A DNA stretch of 64,000 nt from positions 8,402 through 72,401 of IMG/VR virus record IMGVR_UViG_3300021440_000003; one strand, written 5' to 3'. The translations under genes were made by a program, and so were the position numbers. Shown here one piece after another: positions 18,011-27,734 of the stretch. Source of the DNA: a virus. How positions within the stretch are numbered: position 1 is the first letter of the stretch; every line of letters starts with the position of its first letter. Below the pieces are notes generated by a model. That model was not told where the DNA came from and did not search any database. It saw only the letters and a list, made by a program, of their open reading frames with translations.

Positions 18011-18690
18011 CCAATAACATCATCAACGTGCTGGACCACGGGAGCGTCCGATTGGTAGAGCACATGGGCAGCGACTTGTCCATCGTGCGAAACGCCCGCG
18101 TCAGCTACGACGCGGAGTGGCGCTCCGGCGAGGACGAGGGCAAGGATGCCAAGCTCATCGACTACTTGGTGAAGAACTATCACACGTCCCCACTAGAGGC
18201 CGTGAATCTCACCTTCGACGTGCGTGCTCCTATCTTTGTAGCACGTCAACACATGCGGCACAGGGTATTTTCTTTCAACGAAATATCAGCTCGCTACTCC
18301 GAGCTGCCTGCCGTCTTCTACACCCCTTGGGTGGATCAAATCACCACGCAGAGTCCGACGAACAAGCAGATGCGCACCAAGGAACAGCACCCGCAGGCAC
18401 TGTACTTCCAAGACCTGATGCGCAAGACCTGTGCAGACGCCTTCACCGCGTACAAGGAAATGATCGACGCTGGCGTCCCCCGCGAACTTGCACGTGGCGT
18501 CTTGCCGATGAACACCTACACGCACTACTTCTGCACCGTGGACCTGCACAACCTGATGAAGTTCTGCAAGCTGCGCCTGCACCCCCATGCCCAGCACGAG
18601 ATTCAGGTCTATGCCCAAGCCATGCTTGACCTTGCCAAGCAGGCCGCCCCGATCACCATTGCAGCCGTAGAACGGCACTGGATTGCCTGA
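18007..18690 (+). CDS. thyX: FAD-dependent thymidylate synthase
   Basis: ARVSY, HTSPLE, RHRVFSFNEISARY signature, ELARGVLP, HAQHEI. Confidence 0.95.
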   Translation: MTNNIINVLDHGSVRLVEHMGSDLSIVRNARVSYDAEWRSGEDEGKDAKLIDYLVKNYHTSPLEAVNLTFDVRAPIFVARQHMRHRVFSFNEISARYSELPAVFYTPWVDQITTQSPTNKQMRTKEQHPQALYFQDLMRKTCADAFTAYKEMIDAGVPRELARGVLPMNTYTHYFCTVDLHNLMKFCKLRLHPHAQHEIQVYAQAMLDLAKQAAPITIAAVERHWIA

Positions 18691-19568
18691 TGACACCAAC
18701 CCTTGCCCAAGACATTGAGAAGTGCAAGCTCACGTTCCCGATGATCGCCCAGCCCAAGATCGACGGTGTGCGGGCTTGCTACATCGAGTCCTTCACAGGG
18801 CGATCACTCAAGCCGTTCAAAAACAAGGCGGTCATGGAGATCTTCTCCGACCCCAAGTTCAAGCACTTCGATGGCGAGATGGCTTGGGGCTCCATCAACT
18901 CATCCTCGCTGTGCCGGGATACGACTTCGGTGCTCAACACCGTGAACGGCTCGGCAGACGACGTGGTGTGGCATGTTTTTGACATCACGGACCACCAGGA
19001 CTGGACCTACTCTCAACGCTACTCCGAGCTGCTGTCCCGTGTGGCTACCCTGCAAGACCCCCGCATCGTGGCCGTGCCCAAGCAGGTGGTGTGGACCAAG
19101 GCGGAGATCGACAGCTTGGACGCTGCGTGGGTCTCCGAAGGCATGGAGGGCACCATCCTGCGCAACCCGCTGGCCCCGTACAAGTCTGGTCGGTCTGGCA
19201 CATCCTGCGGCAGCTTGATTCGCGTCAAGCAGTTCGCAGATGCCGAGGCCACCGTGGTGCGCGTCGTGCAAGCGATGGAAAACCGCAACGAAGCCAAGAT
19301 CAACGAACTTGGCCACACCGAGCGGTCCTCGCACCAGGAAAACATGGTGCCCAAGGACATGGTGGGGGCTCTGGAGTGTGTCACAGCAAGCGGGCAGGCC
19401 ATCACGGTCGGCCCCGGCAAGATGACGCACGACGAGCGCCGACACTTCTGGGCCAACCAAGACTTGCTGGTGGGCAAGCTCATCAAGTTCAAGTCGATGG
19501 TCAGCGGGGTCAAGGACAAGCCTCGCTTCCCGACATTTTTGTCACTTCGCATGGAGGAAGACACGTGA
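18690..19568 (+). CDS. ATP-dependent DNA ligase
   Basis: PKIDG adenylation motif, FDGE, FD, EGTILR, PRFP. Confidence 0.9.
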   Translation: MTPTLAQDIEKCKLTFPMIAQPKIDGVRACYIESFTGRSLKPFKNKAVMEIFSDPKFKHFDGEMAWGSINSSSLCRDTTSVLNTVNGSADDVVWHVFDITDHQDWTYSQRYSELLSRVATLQDPRIVAVPKQVVWTKAEIDSLDAAWVSEGMEGTILRNPLAPYKSGRSGTSCGSLIRVKQFADAEATVVRVVQAMENRNEAKINELGHTERSSHQENMVPKDMVGALECVTASGQAITVGPGKMTHDERRHFWANQDLLVGKLIKFKSMVSGVKDKPRFPTFLSLRMEEDT

Positions 19569-19975
19569 CCTTCGCAAACCGTGGCAAGGCGGCGGAAGCC
19601 GCCGTCAAGAAGTACCTGAAGTCCATCGACGCGGTGGACACCATCCACTACCGCTACCCGGACTTCCGGGCTGGGTTCAAGTCCCCCGCACCGTGCGACT
19701 TCATGGTGCTGCGTCAAGGCAAGCTGACCTTGCTGGAAGTCAAGTCTGTGGAGCATGCGTACCGCTTGCCCCACAAAAATATGTCCCCTGACCAAGTGGC
19801 CCGCATGAGGATGTGGGCTTGTGCTGGGGCTGAGTCGTGGGTTCTGGTCCAGTTCACCACCGGGTGGAGGGCCGAATCCGTTGAGCATTTTCTGGTGCGC
19901 GATGGTGGCAGTTGGGACATGAGCCTGATTGAGCCGCGCCCGCTGGTTGCAGTGATGAAGGAGATCCTGTGCTGA
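19565..19975 (+). CDS. PD-(D/E)xK nuclease, RecU-like Holliday junction resolvase
   Basis: GTG start; NRGK..E, PCDF, LLEVKS, Q motifs. Confidence 0.75.
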   Translation: MTFANRGKAAEAAVKKYLKSIDAVDTIHYRYPDFRAGFKSPAPCDFMVLRQGKLTLLEVKSVEHAYRLPHKNMSPDQVARMRMWACAGAESWVLVQFTTGWRAESVEHFLVRDGGSWDMSLIEPRPLVAVMKEILC

Positions 19976-20964
19976 CCGTTTTCAACGACCTACACCTCGG
20001 AGCAATTCGCAGCTCCGGCACCACCGCGCAGTCGGCCATCGCCCTGCGCAGCTACGGCATCGACAGCTACATTGACCTGCTGCAAGGCGTCAACAATGAC
20101 GTGATGCTGCTGGGCGACTGGCTCGATACCTACAACATCCCCATGAGCGATGTGCTGAAGGTGTACTGGGCCACGGCCGAGTGGCTGGCCAAGGGCTACC
20201 ACCTGTACGCAGTCAACGGCAACCACGACTTGTCCAAGTCCTCCGAAAACTTGTCCTCCATGGAGTTCTTGTGCAAGCTGCTCGGTGCCCACTACCCATA
20301 CACCTTCCACCACGTGGCCGCCCCTACGATGACGCCTCACGGCTACGTCATCCCGCACCTGACCAACCAGCAAGAGTTTGATGACGCCCTGGCTGGCGTC
20401 CCTGCATGCGATGTGGTGTACACCCACTGCAACATCTCCAACGAGTTCGCCAAGCAGGCCGACCATTCGCTGAACATGACGATCGGGCAGCTCAATAAGC
20501 TGCCCTGCAAGCATGTGGTGAATGCCCACGAGCACCAGACCCGCAGGATTGGCAAGTGTTGGATTCCTGGCAACCAAATCCCGACCAGCGTATCCGACTG
20601 CCTCGGCAGCAAGGCCAAGTCCTTCATCCAAGTCGATGGCGGCGAGCCCCGCTTGGTGCAGATCAACTCGATCGCGCACTGGTACGCTGAAATTGACTGG
20701 CGCAGCCCGGTTCCCACGCAAGCCCAGTTCGTGCGCATGGTGGGCACAGCGACTGCCGATGAAGCAGTGCTGGTGGCCACAGCGGTCGCGGACTACCGCC
20801 GCTCCTCCCAAGCCTTCGTCGTGGCCAACGCTGTCGTGATCGACTCGGTGGATGGCGCGGACGTTGCCCAATCGCTTGAGCAGGTCGAAGCCTTCGACGT
20901 GATGGGGGCGCTGCGCGAGATTTTGTCCCCTGAAGACATGAAAACCCTGGAGAGCCTGAAGTAA
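19969..20964 (+). CDS. SbcD/Mre11-like metallophosphoesterase nuclease
   Basis: DLH, GD..D, GNHD, HEH motifs; adjacent to an SMC ATPase. Confidence 0.85.
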   Translation: MLTVFNDLHLGAIRSSGTTAQSAIALRSYGIDSYIDLLQGVNNDVMLLGDWLDTYNIPMSDVLKVYWATAEWLAKGYHLYAVNGNHDLSKSSENLSSMEFLCKLLGAHYPYTFHHVAAPTMTPHGYVIPHLTNQQEFDDALAGVPACDVVYTHCNISNEFAKQADHSLNMTIGQLNKLPCKHVVNAHEHQTRRIGKCWIPGNQIPTSVSDCLGSKAKSFIQVDGGEPRLVQINSIAHWYAEIDWRSPVPTQAQFVRMVGTATADEAVLVATAVADYRRSSQAFVVANAVVIDSVDGADVAQSLEQVEAFDVMGALREILSPEDMKTLESLK

Positions 20965-22998
20965 ATGTTCACCTCACTCAAACTCACCAACTTCCGCAAA
21001 CACACTGACCGCGAGATCAACTTCCTGTCGGACTTCAACGTGTTGCGTGGAAACAACGAACACGGCAAGACCACCGTGTCCGAAGCCATCGCCTATGCCA
21101 TGTTTGGGGTCTCGTCCCTGCGCACCTCGCTGGACGAGACGGTCACGTACGGCAAGCCTGTCAGCTCCTTGCGTGTCGAGCTTGTGGTGTCCATCGACGG
21201 TGTGGACTACCATGTGTCCCGGGGCAAGAGCGGCGCGGAGATCCGCTACGGTGACCAGCACGTGACTGGCCAGACGGAGACCAAGGCGTTCATGGAACGC
21301 TTGCTGGGCACGTCCTCGCAGATGGCAGGCAAGCTGCTGTTCGCCAACCAGACGGAAATCCGAGGAATCCTGGCGCAAGGCCCGGCCGCTGCCAGCTCCC
21401 TGATCGAGACCTTGGCCAATCTCCAAGTTCTGGAGACCCTTGTGGAGAAGATCCAGGACCAGCTTCCCTGTGGCAATACCTCGATCTTGTCAGGCCAGCT
21501 GTCCGACCTGCGGGCCAAGGCGGGTGCCCCAGCACCGGCCGCGCCCTCACGGGAACTTGCTGACGCTGCGGAGCAGCACGTCTCTACCGTGGCCGACCGT
21601 TTGTCCCGCATGGAGGCAAACTTGTCCAGCCTGAAGGGCTCGTGGGTACAGGCAACGGAGGATCTGCAAGAGGCTCGCCAAGCACTGTTGAACAACGAGC
21701 GAGTGGCCAAGCGTCGCGCAGTGCTGGAGCAAGTCAGCCACCCAGGTGACGCTACAGTCTCGCAAGAGACACTTGACAACTTGATTCGTCAAGTCGCACA
21801 GGAGACCACCACCCGGGAACTTTACGACGCCAGCCAGATCGTGTTTCCCGACTGCCCTCGCTTCGATGGCACGGTGGCCGAGTTCGAGGCTGCCAAGCAG
21901 ACGGCCGACTGGGACAATATCGCTGCTCAGGAAGCCCTACGGAACATCATGGTGTCTGAGGCTCAAGCCGAGGCCAAGATGATTTCTGACGACGTGTGCC
22001 CCCTGTGCAAGCAGGACCTGTCCATGGTGCCGGAAGTGGCCGCCAGCAACCTCAAGATCACCGAGGAGCTGGCCCAGCTTGAGCAGATGCGGGAGATTGC
22101 TACAAAGCAGCTTACCGCCGCCCGCTTGCTGTGCGCGACCTACGCGGACATGGAAGCGGACGACCGCCGCATCCGCCGCTTGATGACGCCACACTGGAAG
22201 GCTGGTGACACCATGCCAGTGACGCCACAGTGGGTGCACGGCGTGATTGAGAAGCCGGGCAACACCAAGTCGGCTCTGGCCGATGCCCGTCTGGCAGTGC
22301 GCGGCCACCAAGAGGCCATGGCCAAGTGGGATGCCGCCCAGGCGGAACTGGCGTCCCTGAAGGACGTGTCGGTGATCGACACCGCCAAGGCGGAGGTTGC
22401 CATTGGTGCCTACGAGGAGGCCAAACGTATTGTTGAACAAGAGCGTGGAACACTGGCCGATGCCAAAGTCCACGCGGCAAAGGAAACCGCAGCCTTTTCC
22501 ATTGCCAAGGCGGCGTATGACCGCCAAGTGTTGGACCGCGCCAGCTTGGCCGAGCAGATCGAGAAGACGAAAACCATGATCGAGACCATGACTCACCACA
22601 ATGAGCTGGTAAAGAAGCTGCGTGCAGCCCGTCCGGTCATCGCCAACAAACTCTGGACGACCGTGCTCGGCACTGTGGGCCACTACTTCTCACAAGTCCG
22701 TGGAACCCGCAGCATGGTGACCCGGGACAGCGACGGCTTCAAGGTCGATGGCCAAGGGGTAGGCGGCTTGTCCGGCTCCACTTTGGACGCCCTCGGGCTG
22801 GCCCTGCGCCTTGCCTTGGTAAAGACGTTCGTACCCACTGCCAGCTTCTTGGCCTTGGACGAACCAGCAGCCGCGTGTGACAGCACACGAGAGCTGGCCA
22901 TGCTCGGCACCATCGCTGGTGCTGGATTCGAGCAAGTCCTGCTGGTCACGCACAGCGATCTGGCCGACAGCTTTGCAACTCAAGTCATCCAACTTTAA
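20965..22998 (+). CDS. SbcC/Rad50-like SMC ATPase
   Basis: GNNEHGKTT Walker A, coiled coil with CPLC zinc hook, LSG signature, LDEP Walker B, VTH. Confidence 0.9.
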   Translation: MFTSLKLTNFRKHTDREINFLSDFNVLRGNNEHGKTTVSEAIAYAMFGVSSLRTSLDETVTYGKPVSSLRVELVVSIDGVDYHVSRGKSGAEIRYGDQHVTGQTETKAFMERLLGTSSQMAGKLLFANQTEIRGILAQGPAAASSLIETLANLQVLETLVEKIQDQLPCGNTSILSGQLSDLRAKAGAPAPAAPSRELADAAEQHVSTVADRLSRMEANLSSLKGSWVQATEDLQEARQALLNNERVAKRRAVLEQVSHPGDATVSQETLDNLIRQVAQETTTRELYDASQIVFPDCPRFDGTVAEFEAAKQTADWDNIAAQEALRNIMVSEAQAEAKMISDDVCPLCKQDLSMVPEVAASNLKITEELAQLEQMREIATKQLTAARLLCATYADMEADDRRIRRLMTPHWKAGDTMPVTPQWVHGVIEKPGNTKSALADARLAVRGHQEAMAKWDAAQAELASLKDVSVIDTAKAEVAIGAYEEAKRIVEQERGTLADAKVHAAKETAAFSIAKAAYDRQVLDRASLAEQIEKTKTMIETMTHHNELVKKLRAARPVIANKLWTTVLGTVGHYFSQVRGTRSMVTRDSDGFKVDGQGVGGLSGSTLDALGLALRLALVKTFVPTASFLALDEPAAACDSTRELAMLGTIAGAGFEQVLLVTHSDLADSFATQVIQL

Positions 22999-23007
22999 GG
23001 AGCCACT

Positions 23008-23304
23008 ATGAAACGTACTGTGAAACAACCCGAAGGCCGCAAGCTCGATACTGGAAAGCTGCGATGGTCGCTGCTGCCACTGGGCACTGTGGCCTCGATC
23101 ATCGACGTGCTGGAGTTCGGCGCCCAGAAATACGACGTGGACAACTGGAAGAAGGTACCCGATGGCAAGCGTAGATACTACGACGCGCTCATGCGCCACA
23201 TGGACGCTTGGATTGGCGGCGAGAAGCTGGACCCCGAGTCCGGCCGCAGCCACCTTGCCCACGCCGGGTGCTGCATCCTGTTCCTGCTGTTCCTGGACCG
23301 CTGA
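23008..23304 (+). CDS. dATP/dGTP diphosphohydrolase domain protein (DUF5664-like)
   Basis: K.D.GK.RWSLLP, GA.KY...NW, A..RH, DPESG..HLAHA. Confidence 0.85.
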   Translation: MKRTVKQPEGRKLDTGKLRWSLLPLGTVASIIDVLEFGAQKYDVDNWKKVPDGKRRYYDALMRHMDAWIGGEKLDPESGRSHLAHAGCCILFLLFLDR

Positions 23305-23690
23305 TGCGACGTCGGGTACAGAAAGTCAATCCTCTGGTGCACAAGGTTGCGCTCAACAACCTGCGCCAGAAGGTGGTGGACATGCGAATCCAGCTGCTGA
23401 TGCTGGATGACGGAGAGTCCTGCGCGACCCATGTGCTGCTGCTCAACCAGCAGATCACGGTCCTGTCCCTGGCCCTGGAGGCCCGACAGATGCAGGACTC
23501 CGAGCCGTACCAAGCCTTGGCGGCCGCGCACGGTGTATTCCGGGCGTGCGCCGAGGGCGGGTTCAAGTGGAACAAGTCGGACGCGATGGTCGTCGATCAG
23601 GCGCTCGGTGTGTTTCTGGAATGGACAGGCAAGCTGCCGGTGGCCGAACTTGTAGAGGCTACCCGAAAAATGCTTGCCGCATCAACGTAG
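23304..23690 (+). CDS. hypothetical protein, last gene of the + strand arm
   Basis: TGATG coupling; overlaps the convergent endolysin by 32 nt. Confidence 0.6.
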   Translation: MRRRVQKVNPLVHKVALNNLRQKVVDMRIQLLMLDDGESCATHVLLLNQQITVLSLALEARQMQDSEPYQALAAAHGVFRACAEGGFKWNKSDAMVVDQALGVFLEWTGKLPVAELVEATRKMLAAST

Positions 23691-24132
23691 CCTCGGCCTG
23701 CCGCCTGCGTTGCAGGCCCTTGTACACGACCCCACCGGCCGTGTCCGGCTTCGTAATCAAGTCGCAGGCATCGGCCAGCCGTCCCTCGTTCAAGGCGCGA
23801 CGCAAGCGGCTGGCCTTGAACGCGCCCAACCCGCAGTTGTAGGACCAGCTGGTGCAAGCTGCGTGAGCAAGTGGGTGCTCCAACAGCATGGGCGCAAGAC
23901 TTGCCACCCTCAAGCCATACGCCTGTGTGGCGGCCACCAGTTCAGCGTACGCGTCTTGCTTGGATATGGGTTTGGTGCCCTTGCTGATTCCTGTCGTCAT
24001 GCCGTAGCCTCTGGTCCAGACGGGCGGCTTGGCCAAGGTGTCCAAGTAGGGGTACACCTTGTCACCGCGCAAGACCTGGCACCCTTCAAAGGGCGCGATC
24101 AGGGCAGTGGCCGTTTCGTACCAGGTGACCAC
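23659..24132 (-). CDS. endolysin, GH24 lysozyme
   Basis: FEG...YLD......WT.GYG catalytic E/D/T pattern; YNCG; GLQRRRQAE. Confidence 0.9.
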   Translation of the reverse strand: MVTWYETATALIAPFEGCQVLRGDKVYPYLDTLAKPPVWTRGYGMTTGISKGTKPISKQDAYAELVAATQAYGLRVASLAPMLLEHPLAHAACTSWSYNCGLGAFKASRLRRALNEGRLADACDLITKPDTAGGVVYKGLQRRRQAEATLMRQAFFG

Positions 24133-24612
24133 TTACTTCTTCCGCAGCCCACGGTCCATGAACCAGTAGCCGATGATGCTTCCCACGATACCACGGTCGA
24201 AGTCACCATAGATGGCCACGAAGGCAGTGGCCCAAGTCATGTTGGCCATCATGGCCAAGTAGAACAGCGCACACTTGTGCACCGTGTACATGATGATGCA
24301 GTGGTAGAACGTGAGCAGGGGCCGCATCGCTGCGGAGAACTTGGCCACCCAACCGCCCGCAGCGCGAGCTTCCGCTGTCTGGCTGGCCACGGCCACCTTC
24401 AAGGCATCCCACTCGGATGCGGATTCAGCCGCTTGAGCGTCCGCCCGGCGCATCTCGGCGTCATGGGCAAGCCGCTTGTCCTGGAGCTCGACTTGCACCA
24501 TCGTCATGCGGTGCTCGTGGTCTCGCTCCTTGTCTTTGTCCTTCAGGTCCATCCAGTGCTGAACAAGACGGCTTGCGCCGCCGAATACCAATCCCAGAAT
24601 TTCAAGCATCAT
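24133..24612 (-). CDS. holin-like membrane protein
   Basis: Hydrophobic N-terminus, coiled coil, MRPLLT TM, GYWF..R C-terminus; adjacent to the endolysin. Confidence 0.6.
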   Translation of the reverse strand: MMLEILGLVFGGASRLVQHWMDLKDKDKERDHEHRMTMVQVELQDKRLAHDAEMRRADAQAAESASEWDALKVAVASQTAEARAAGGWVAKFSAAMRPLLTFYHCIIMYTVHKCALFYLAMMANMTWATAFVAIYGDFDRGIVGSIIGYWFMDRGLRKK

Positions 24613-24866
24613 TCGCCTTTCGCCCGTATTTTCCGGGTAGTTTCAGCGGTGTACCCGGCCACCAGCCAAATGAAGATCTGCACCTTGTCGGCCGCGTAGT
24701 CGGTGCGCCAGAACTCGTAGGCCAAGCCCAAGGCGAAGATTGCCATACCGGCGAAGCACAGACGCTGAATGTTGGTGTCCTCAAACCGATGAGACCAGAC
24801 GGCGAGGAAGCTGCACGCCGAGATCAGTACCAAGGCGCAGCAAGTGGTGGTAAGCATCAGGTCCAT
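24609..24866 (-). CDS. three-TM membrane protein of the lysis cassette
   Basis: Three hydrophobic segments and a basic C-terminus. Confidence 0.55.
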   Translation of the reverse strand: MDLMLTTTCCALVLISACSFLAVWSHRFEDTNIQRLCFAGMAIFALGLAYEFWRTDYAADKVQIFIWLVAGYTAETTRKIRAKGE

Positions 24867-24872
24867 GGTCGT

Positions 24873-25202
24873 TCACTTCTTCGGGAGGAACCCACGAATC
24901 ATACTCTCTAAGTCCATCATGCGCACGGTGTCGTACACCTTTGAGCAGACGGCCATGCCGAAAAAGCCAACGAACAGCGAGGTCAACTCCAGTGGCAAGC
25001 CACTGCGTGTGGCCATCCACTGAGCACCATAGTATGACAAGGCGCAACCGCCCAGGAACATGGTGATCTTCTCGGGCATAGTGCCCTTCATGAAGGTGAA
25101 GGACAAGCAAGCCCCGATGAATCCCGCTGCCTTGGAGGCGAATACGTCGAGGTCAGGTATGGAAGAATGAGGCATGGTGATGGTCAGTAGTGCAACGCTC
25201 AT
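24873..25202 (-). CDS. holin-like membrane protein
   Basis: AAGFIGACLS, FLGGCALSYY, FVGFFGMAV TM pattern. Confidence 0.6.
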   Translation of the reverse strand: MSVALLTITMPHSSIPDLDVFASKAAGFIGACLSFTFMKGTMPEKITMFLGGCALSYYGAQWMATRSGLPLELTSLFVGFFGMAVCSKVYDTVRMMDLESMIRGFLPKK

Positions 25203-25693
25203 TGTTGCATGGTTTTGGTGCCATCAAATGCCATTATGGGCTGTTGCTGCGCTGCAAAATACCTGTAGAGGTCTGCCGGTGAGGGCGGTGCATCGCCAGA
25301 GTCCCACGGTGTGTTATGCCCACTGCACACCAGCAAGTTGTTGCACAGTTCGGAGCAGATCAGACCGCCTGCGTTGGGTGTCGAACGCCCAAACAGGTGG
25401 AAAAATGGGCGCAACGCGAACATCAGGTAGTCCAGATACCCGTAAGTGCCCAACTCTGAGCTGAGAGCCGACTCCAGAGTCTCTTTGGTCACCAAGGTTG
25501 GGAACAGCGCCACCTGCGATGTGGTGTACAAGGGCCAGGGCCAGGGCCGCCTGCGCATCAGCAGGTGCATGTCATAGAACATCTGCCCTTCCATGTCCAG
25601 AAACCCACAATGGTACGCTGGCAAGCCGGTCCAGAACTTGCACAGCTTGCCCGGGGTGGAATTTGGGTTGAGGATGACGGCGAGGTAGATCAT
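25199..25693 (-). CDS. permuted papain-like (NlpC/P60 superfamily) protein
   Basis: His (YHCG) precedes Cys (ICSEL); Y and SP motifs. Confidence 0.6.
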   Translation of the reverse strand: MIYLAVILNPNSTPGKLCKFWTGLPAYHCGFLDMEGQMFYDMHLLMRRRPWPWPLYTTSQVALFPTLVTKETLESALSSELGTYGYLDYLMFALRPFFHLFGRSTPNAGGLICSELCNNLLVCSGHNTPWDSGDAPPSPADLYRYFAAQQQPIMAFDGTKTMQQ

Positions 25694-25962
25694 TGTGCGA
25701 CAAAAATGTTCTCGAAGACTGTTCCATCTTCTACCGCCTCAATTTCGTGCCACGCATTCTCTTTCAGGACAATGGGCGTGGTGCTCTTGTCAGCGAACAT
25801 CTCTAAGTTTTCTTTGCGAATGATGACCTTGCCAGCGTGGCACACCGTTGCATGCTGGAAAGTGTGTTCGTGCCTTGGCAAGCCTTCCCCAGCTTTGCAG
25901 TGGTACACGTTGTGAGTACACCCAGCATAGGTGAAGGTATGTGCTGGTATGGTGGGAATCAT
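25690..25962 (-). CDS. small cupin-fold protein
   Basis: HEH...H and HEIEA.ED.TVF motifs. Confidence 0.7.
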   Translation of the reverse strand: MIPTIPAHTFTYAGCTHNVYHCKAGEGLPRHEHTFQHATVCHAGKVIIRKENLEMFADKSTTPIVLKENAWHEIEAVEDGTVFENIFVAQ

Positions 25963-26378
25963 ACTGTCTGCATTCCGGTGCTGCGTAGGGACAAGGGCAA
26001 GATTTCCTCGGACCGGGCTTCAGAGATCAAGCCGAACGTCACGAGGGCTTCCATGCCGGATGACATGCGAGGGTCGGAAAATACCACCTCTTGAGATGCC
26101 ATCAACTTGTCATACCAGAGTCGAAGTGCAGGGGAAGACATTGCCGCAGTCACAATGGCAAGTTGTTCGGTATCCGTGAACTTCTCGATGAATTGCAGTG
26201 GGGTGCATTTGGTTTGCGGCACAGGTGCTTCTGCCGGTATAGCAGGCACGGGTTCATCAATGTGGTGGCCAATACCGATGTGGTCTGGGCACACTACCGA
26301 GTCCACAATCTCGCTCAGTGAGTCAACAATGACTGTGTTGATTACAATGCCGTCTTTGTTTAGAATTGCTACTCGCAT
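25959..26378 (-). CDS. tail fibre assembly-like protein
   Basis: Directly downstream of the fibre; QF..KFT..E...I, V...DP, LIS..R..EIL pattern. Confidence 0.55.
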   Translation of the reverse strand: MRVAILNKDGIVINTVIVDSLSEIVDSVVCPDHIGIGHHIDEPVPAIPAEAPVPQTKCTPLQFIEKFTDTEQLAIVTAAMSSPALRLWYDKLMASQEVVFSDPRMSSGMEALVTFGLISEARSEEILPLSLRSTGMQTV

Positions 26379-26379
26379 G

Positions 26380-27732
26380 TTAGATCATCTCGAAAAGAAT
26401 AATTTGACCGGGTTGCCCATTACTTGCACCGGTGCCACCATCCCCTGCTTGACCACCTGCAGCATACGGGCTGAAGCTGAGGTTGACTGTGGGGAATAAT
26501 ACTTGCGCAGATGCACCGTATCCACCGGAGAATTGTGGAGAACCACAGCCTGCAACAGATCCAGAAGCTCCCGCGAGGAACTTCGGAGTTCCGGGAGATT
26601 CGACACCCGGAGATAATGCAATAGCACTGACGTTTTGAGAGGTGGCGGCAAGCCCCCCGACTCCACCACTAAGACCAGAGGCTCCGGAGCCACCTGTGCC
26701 ACCGCCACCCGCTCCATTGGATCCTGCGCTCGGCGCACCTGCACCACCGGCGTATCCATTACCGGCGCGCGAACCGGCTCCGCCGCCTCCACCACCCCCG
26801 CCGCCTGCGCCCCCGCTAGCTCCGCCAGAACCTCCAGTGGCGCTGAAAGTTCCACCGGAACCAACCCCACCGGCCCCACCGGCCCCATTAACGGTTCCAC
26901 CACTTGAACCAGTGACTGTCATCACATCAAACGTGGTAGTACCACCGGAGGTGTTGGTATTACCAGACATCGTACCTCCAGCGCCAATACTATAGGTATA
27001 TGACGCAGCTGGTGTTGCATAGTATTTCTCGGAGTACCCGGGACCTCCAGCTCCACCAACGGAATAGCTAGGGGTAGTCCTACTAGCCGATCCTGTAGCA
27101 CCTGATACAAACACATACAACCGCTTCACATCAGAGGGTGTTGTATATACCGTACCAGATGTAAGGCTACGTACACGTATGCTACTACCACCAATACCAG
27201 TAAGAGCAGAACCGTCCACGGCAGGCAACTTGCCGGACGAATCCAACTGAACCACAGAGTTAGCACCTGTGCCCACGTTCAGCACCGCAGCTGTACCAAG
27301 ACCAAGGTTGGACCTTGCACCCGCAGCCGTGCTGGGAACGTAACTCACGCACTGCCACCCATTGACCGTGCCCGAGGTCGTCTTCGGAGCGAAGATCGCT
27401 ACATCCCCAGCCACCACGGAGATGTTGGCGCTGTTGGGCAGGAGCAAGGTGGTGGCGTTGTGGGTAAGCGTCGGTGTGCCGGAGAATCGCACGACCACAG
27501 GCCCTCGGTAGTTGGTGCCCAGGCTCGTGATCGACGCCGTGCCGGTGACAAGCAGCTTCATGCTTGCCTGTCCGCCAATGTCGATTGTGGCGGATGCCAC
27601 GACGCTGACTTCGGCAGCTTGGTACGCCTCGTTGAGAACGTCCCAGATGGTGCCAAGAGAGGCTCTGGCAACGCCGTTGGTTGGGTTAGGGTAGGTGTCG
27701 CTTACACCTGTTCGTGCGGGAAGCATCGTCAT
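26380..27732 (-). CDS. Gly-rich tail fibre / receptor-binding protein
   Basis: ARSNLGLG, QLD..GKLPAVDGS.LT fibre repeats; Gly-rich C-terminus. Confidence 0.8.
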   Translation of the reverse strand: MTMLPARTGVSDTYPNPTNGVARASLGTIWDVLNEAYQAAEVSVVASATIDIGGQASMKLLVTGTASITSLGTNYRGPVVVRFSGTPTLTHNATTLLLPNSANISVVAGDVAIFAPKTTSGTVNGWQCVSYVPSTAAGARSNLGLGTAAVLNVGTGANSVVQLDSSGKLPAVDGSALTGIGGSSIRVRSLTSGTVYTTPSDVKRLYVFVSGATGSASRTTPSYSVGGAGGPGYSEKYYATPAASYTYSIGAGGTMSGNTNTSGGTTTFDVMTVTGSSGGTVNGAGGAGGVGSGGTFSATGGSGGASGGAGGGGGGGGGAGSRAGNGYAGGAGAPSAGSNGAGGGGTGGSGASGLSGGVGGLAATSQNVSAIALSPGVESPGTPKFLAGASGSVAGCGSPQFSGGYGASAQVLFPTVNLSFSPYAAGGQAGDGGTGASNGQPGQIILFEMI

Positions 27733-27734
27733 TT

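Noticed and set aside
12542-23304. Modified-base (2-aminoadenine or 7-deazaguanine) genome system suggested by MazG, DUF5664 and PolA
   Set aside because: No PurZ, DatZ, Que/FolE or DpdA genes were recognised; these hydrolases are common in ordinary phages.
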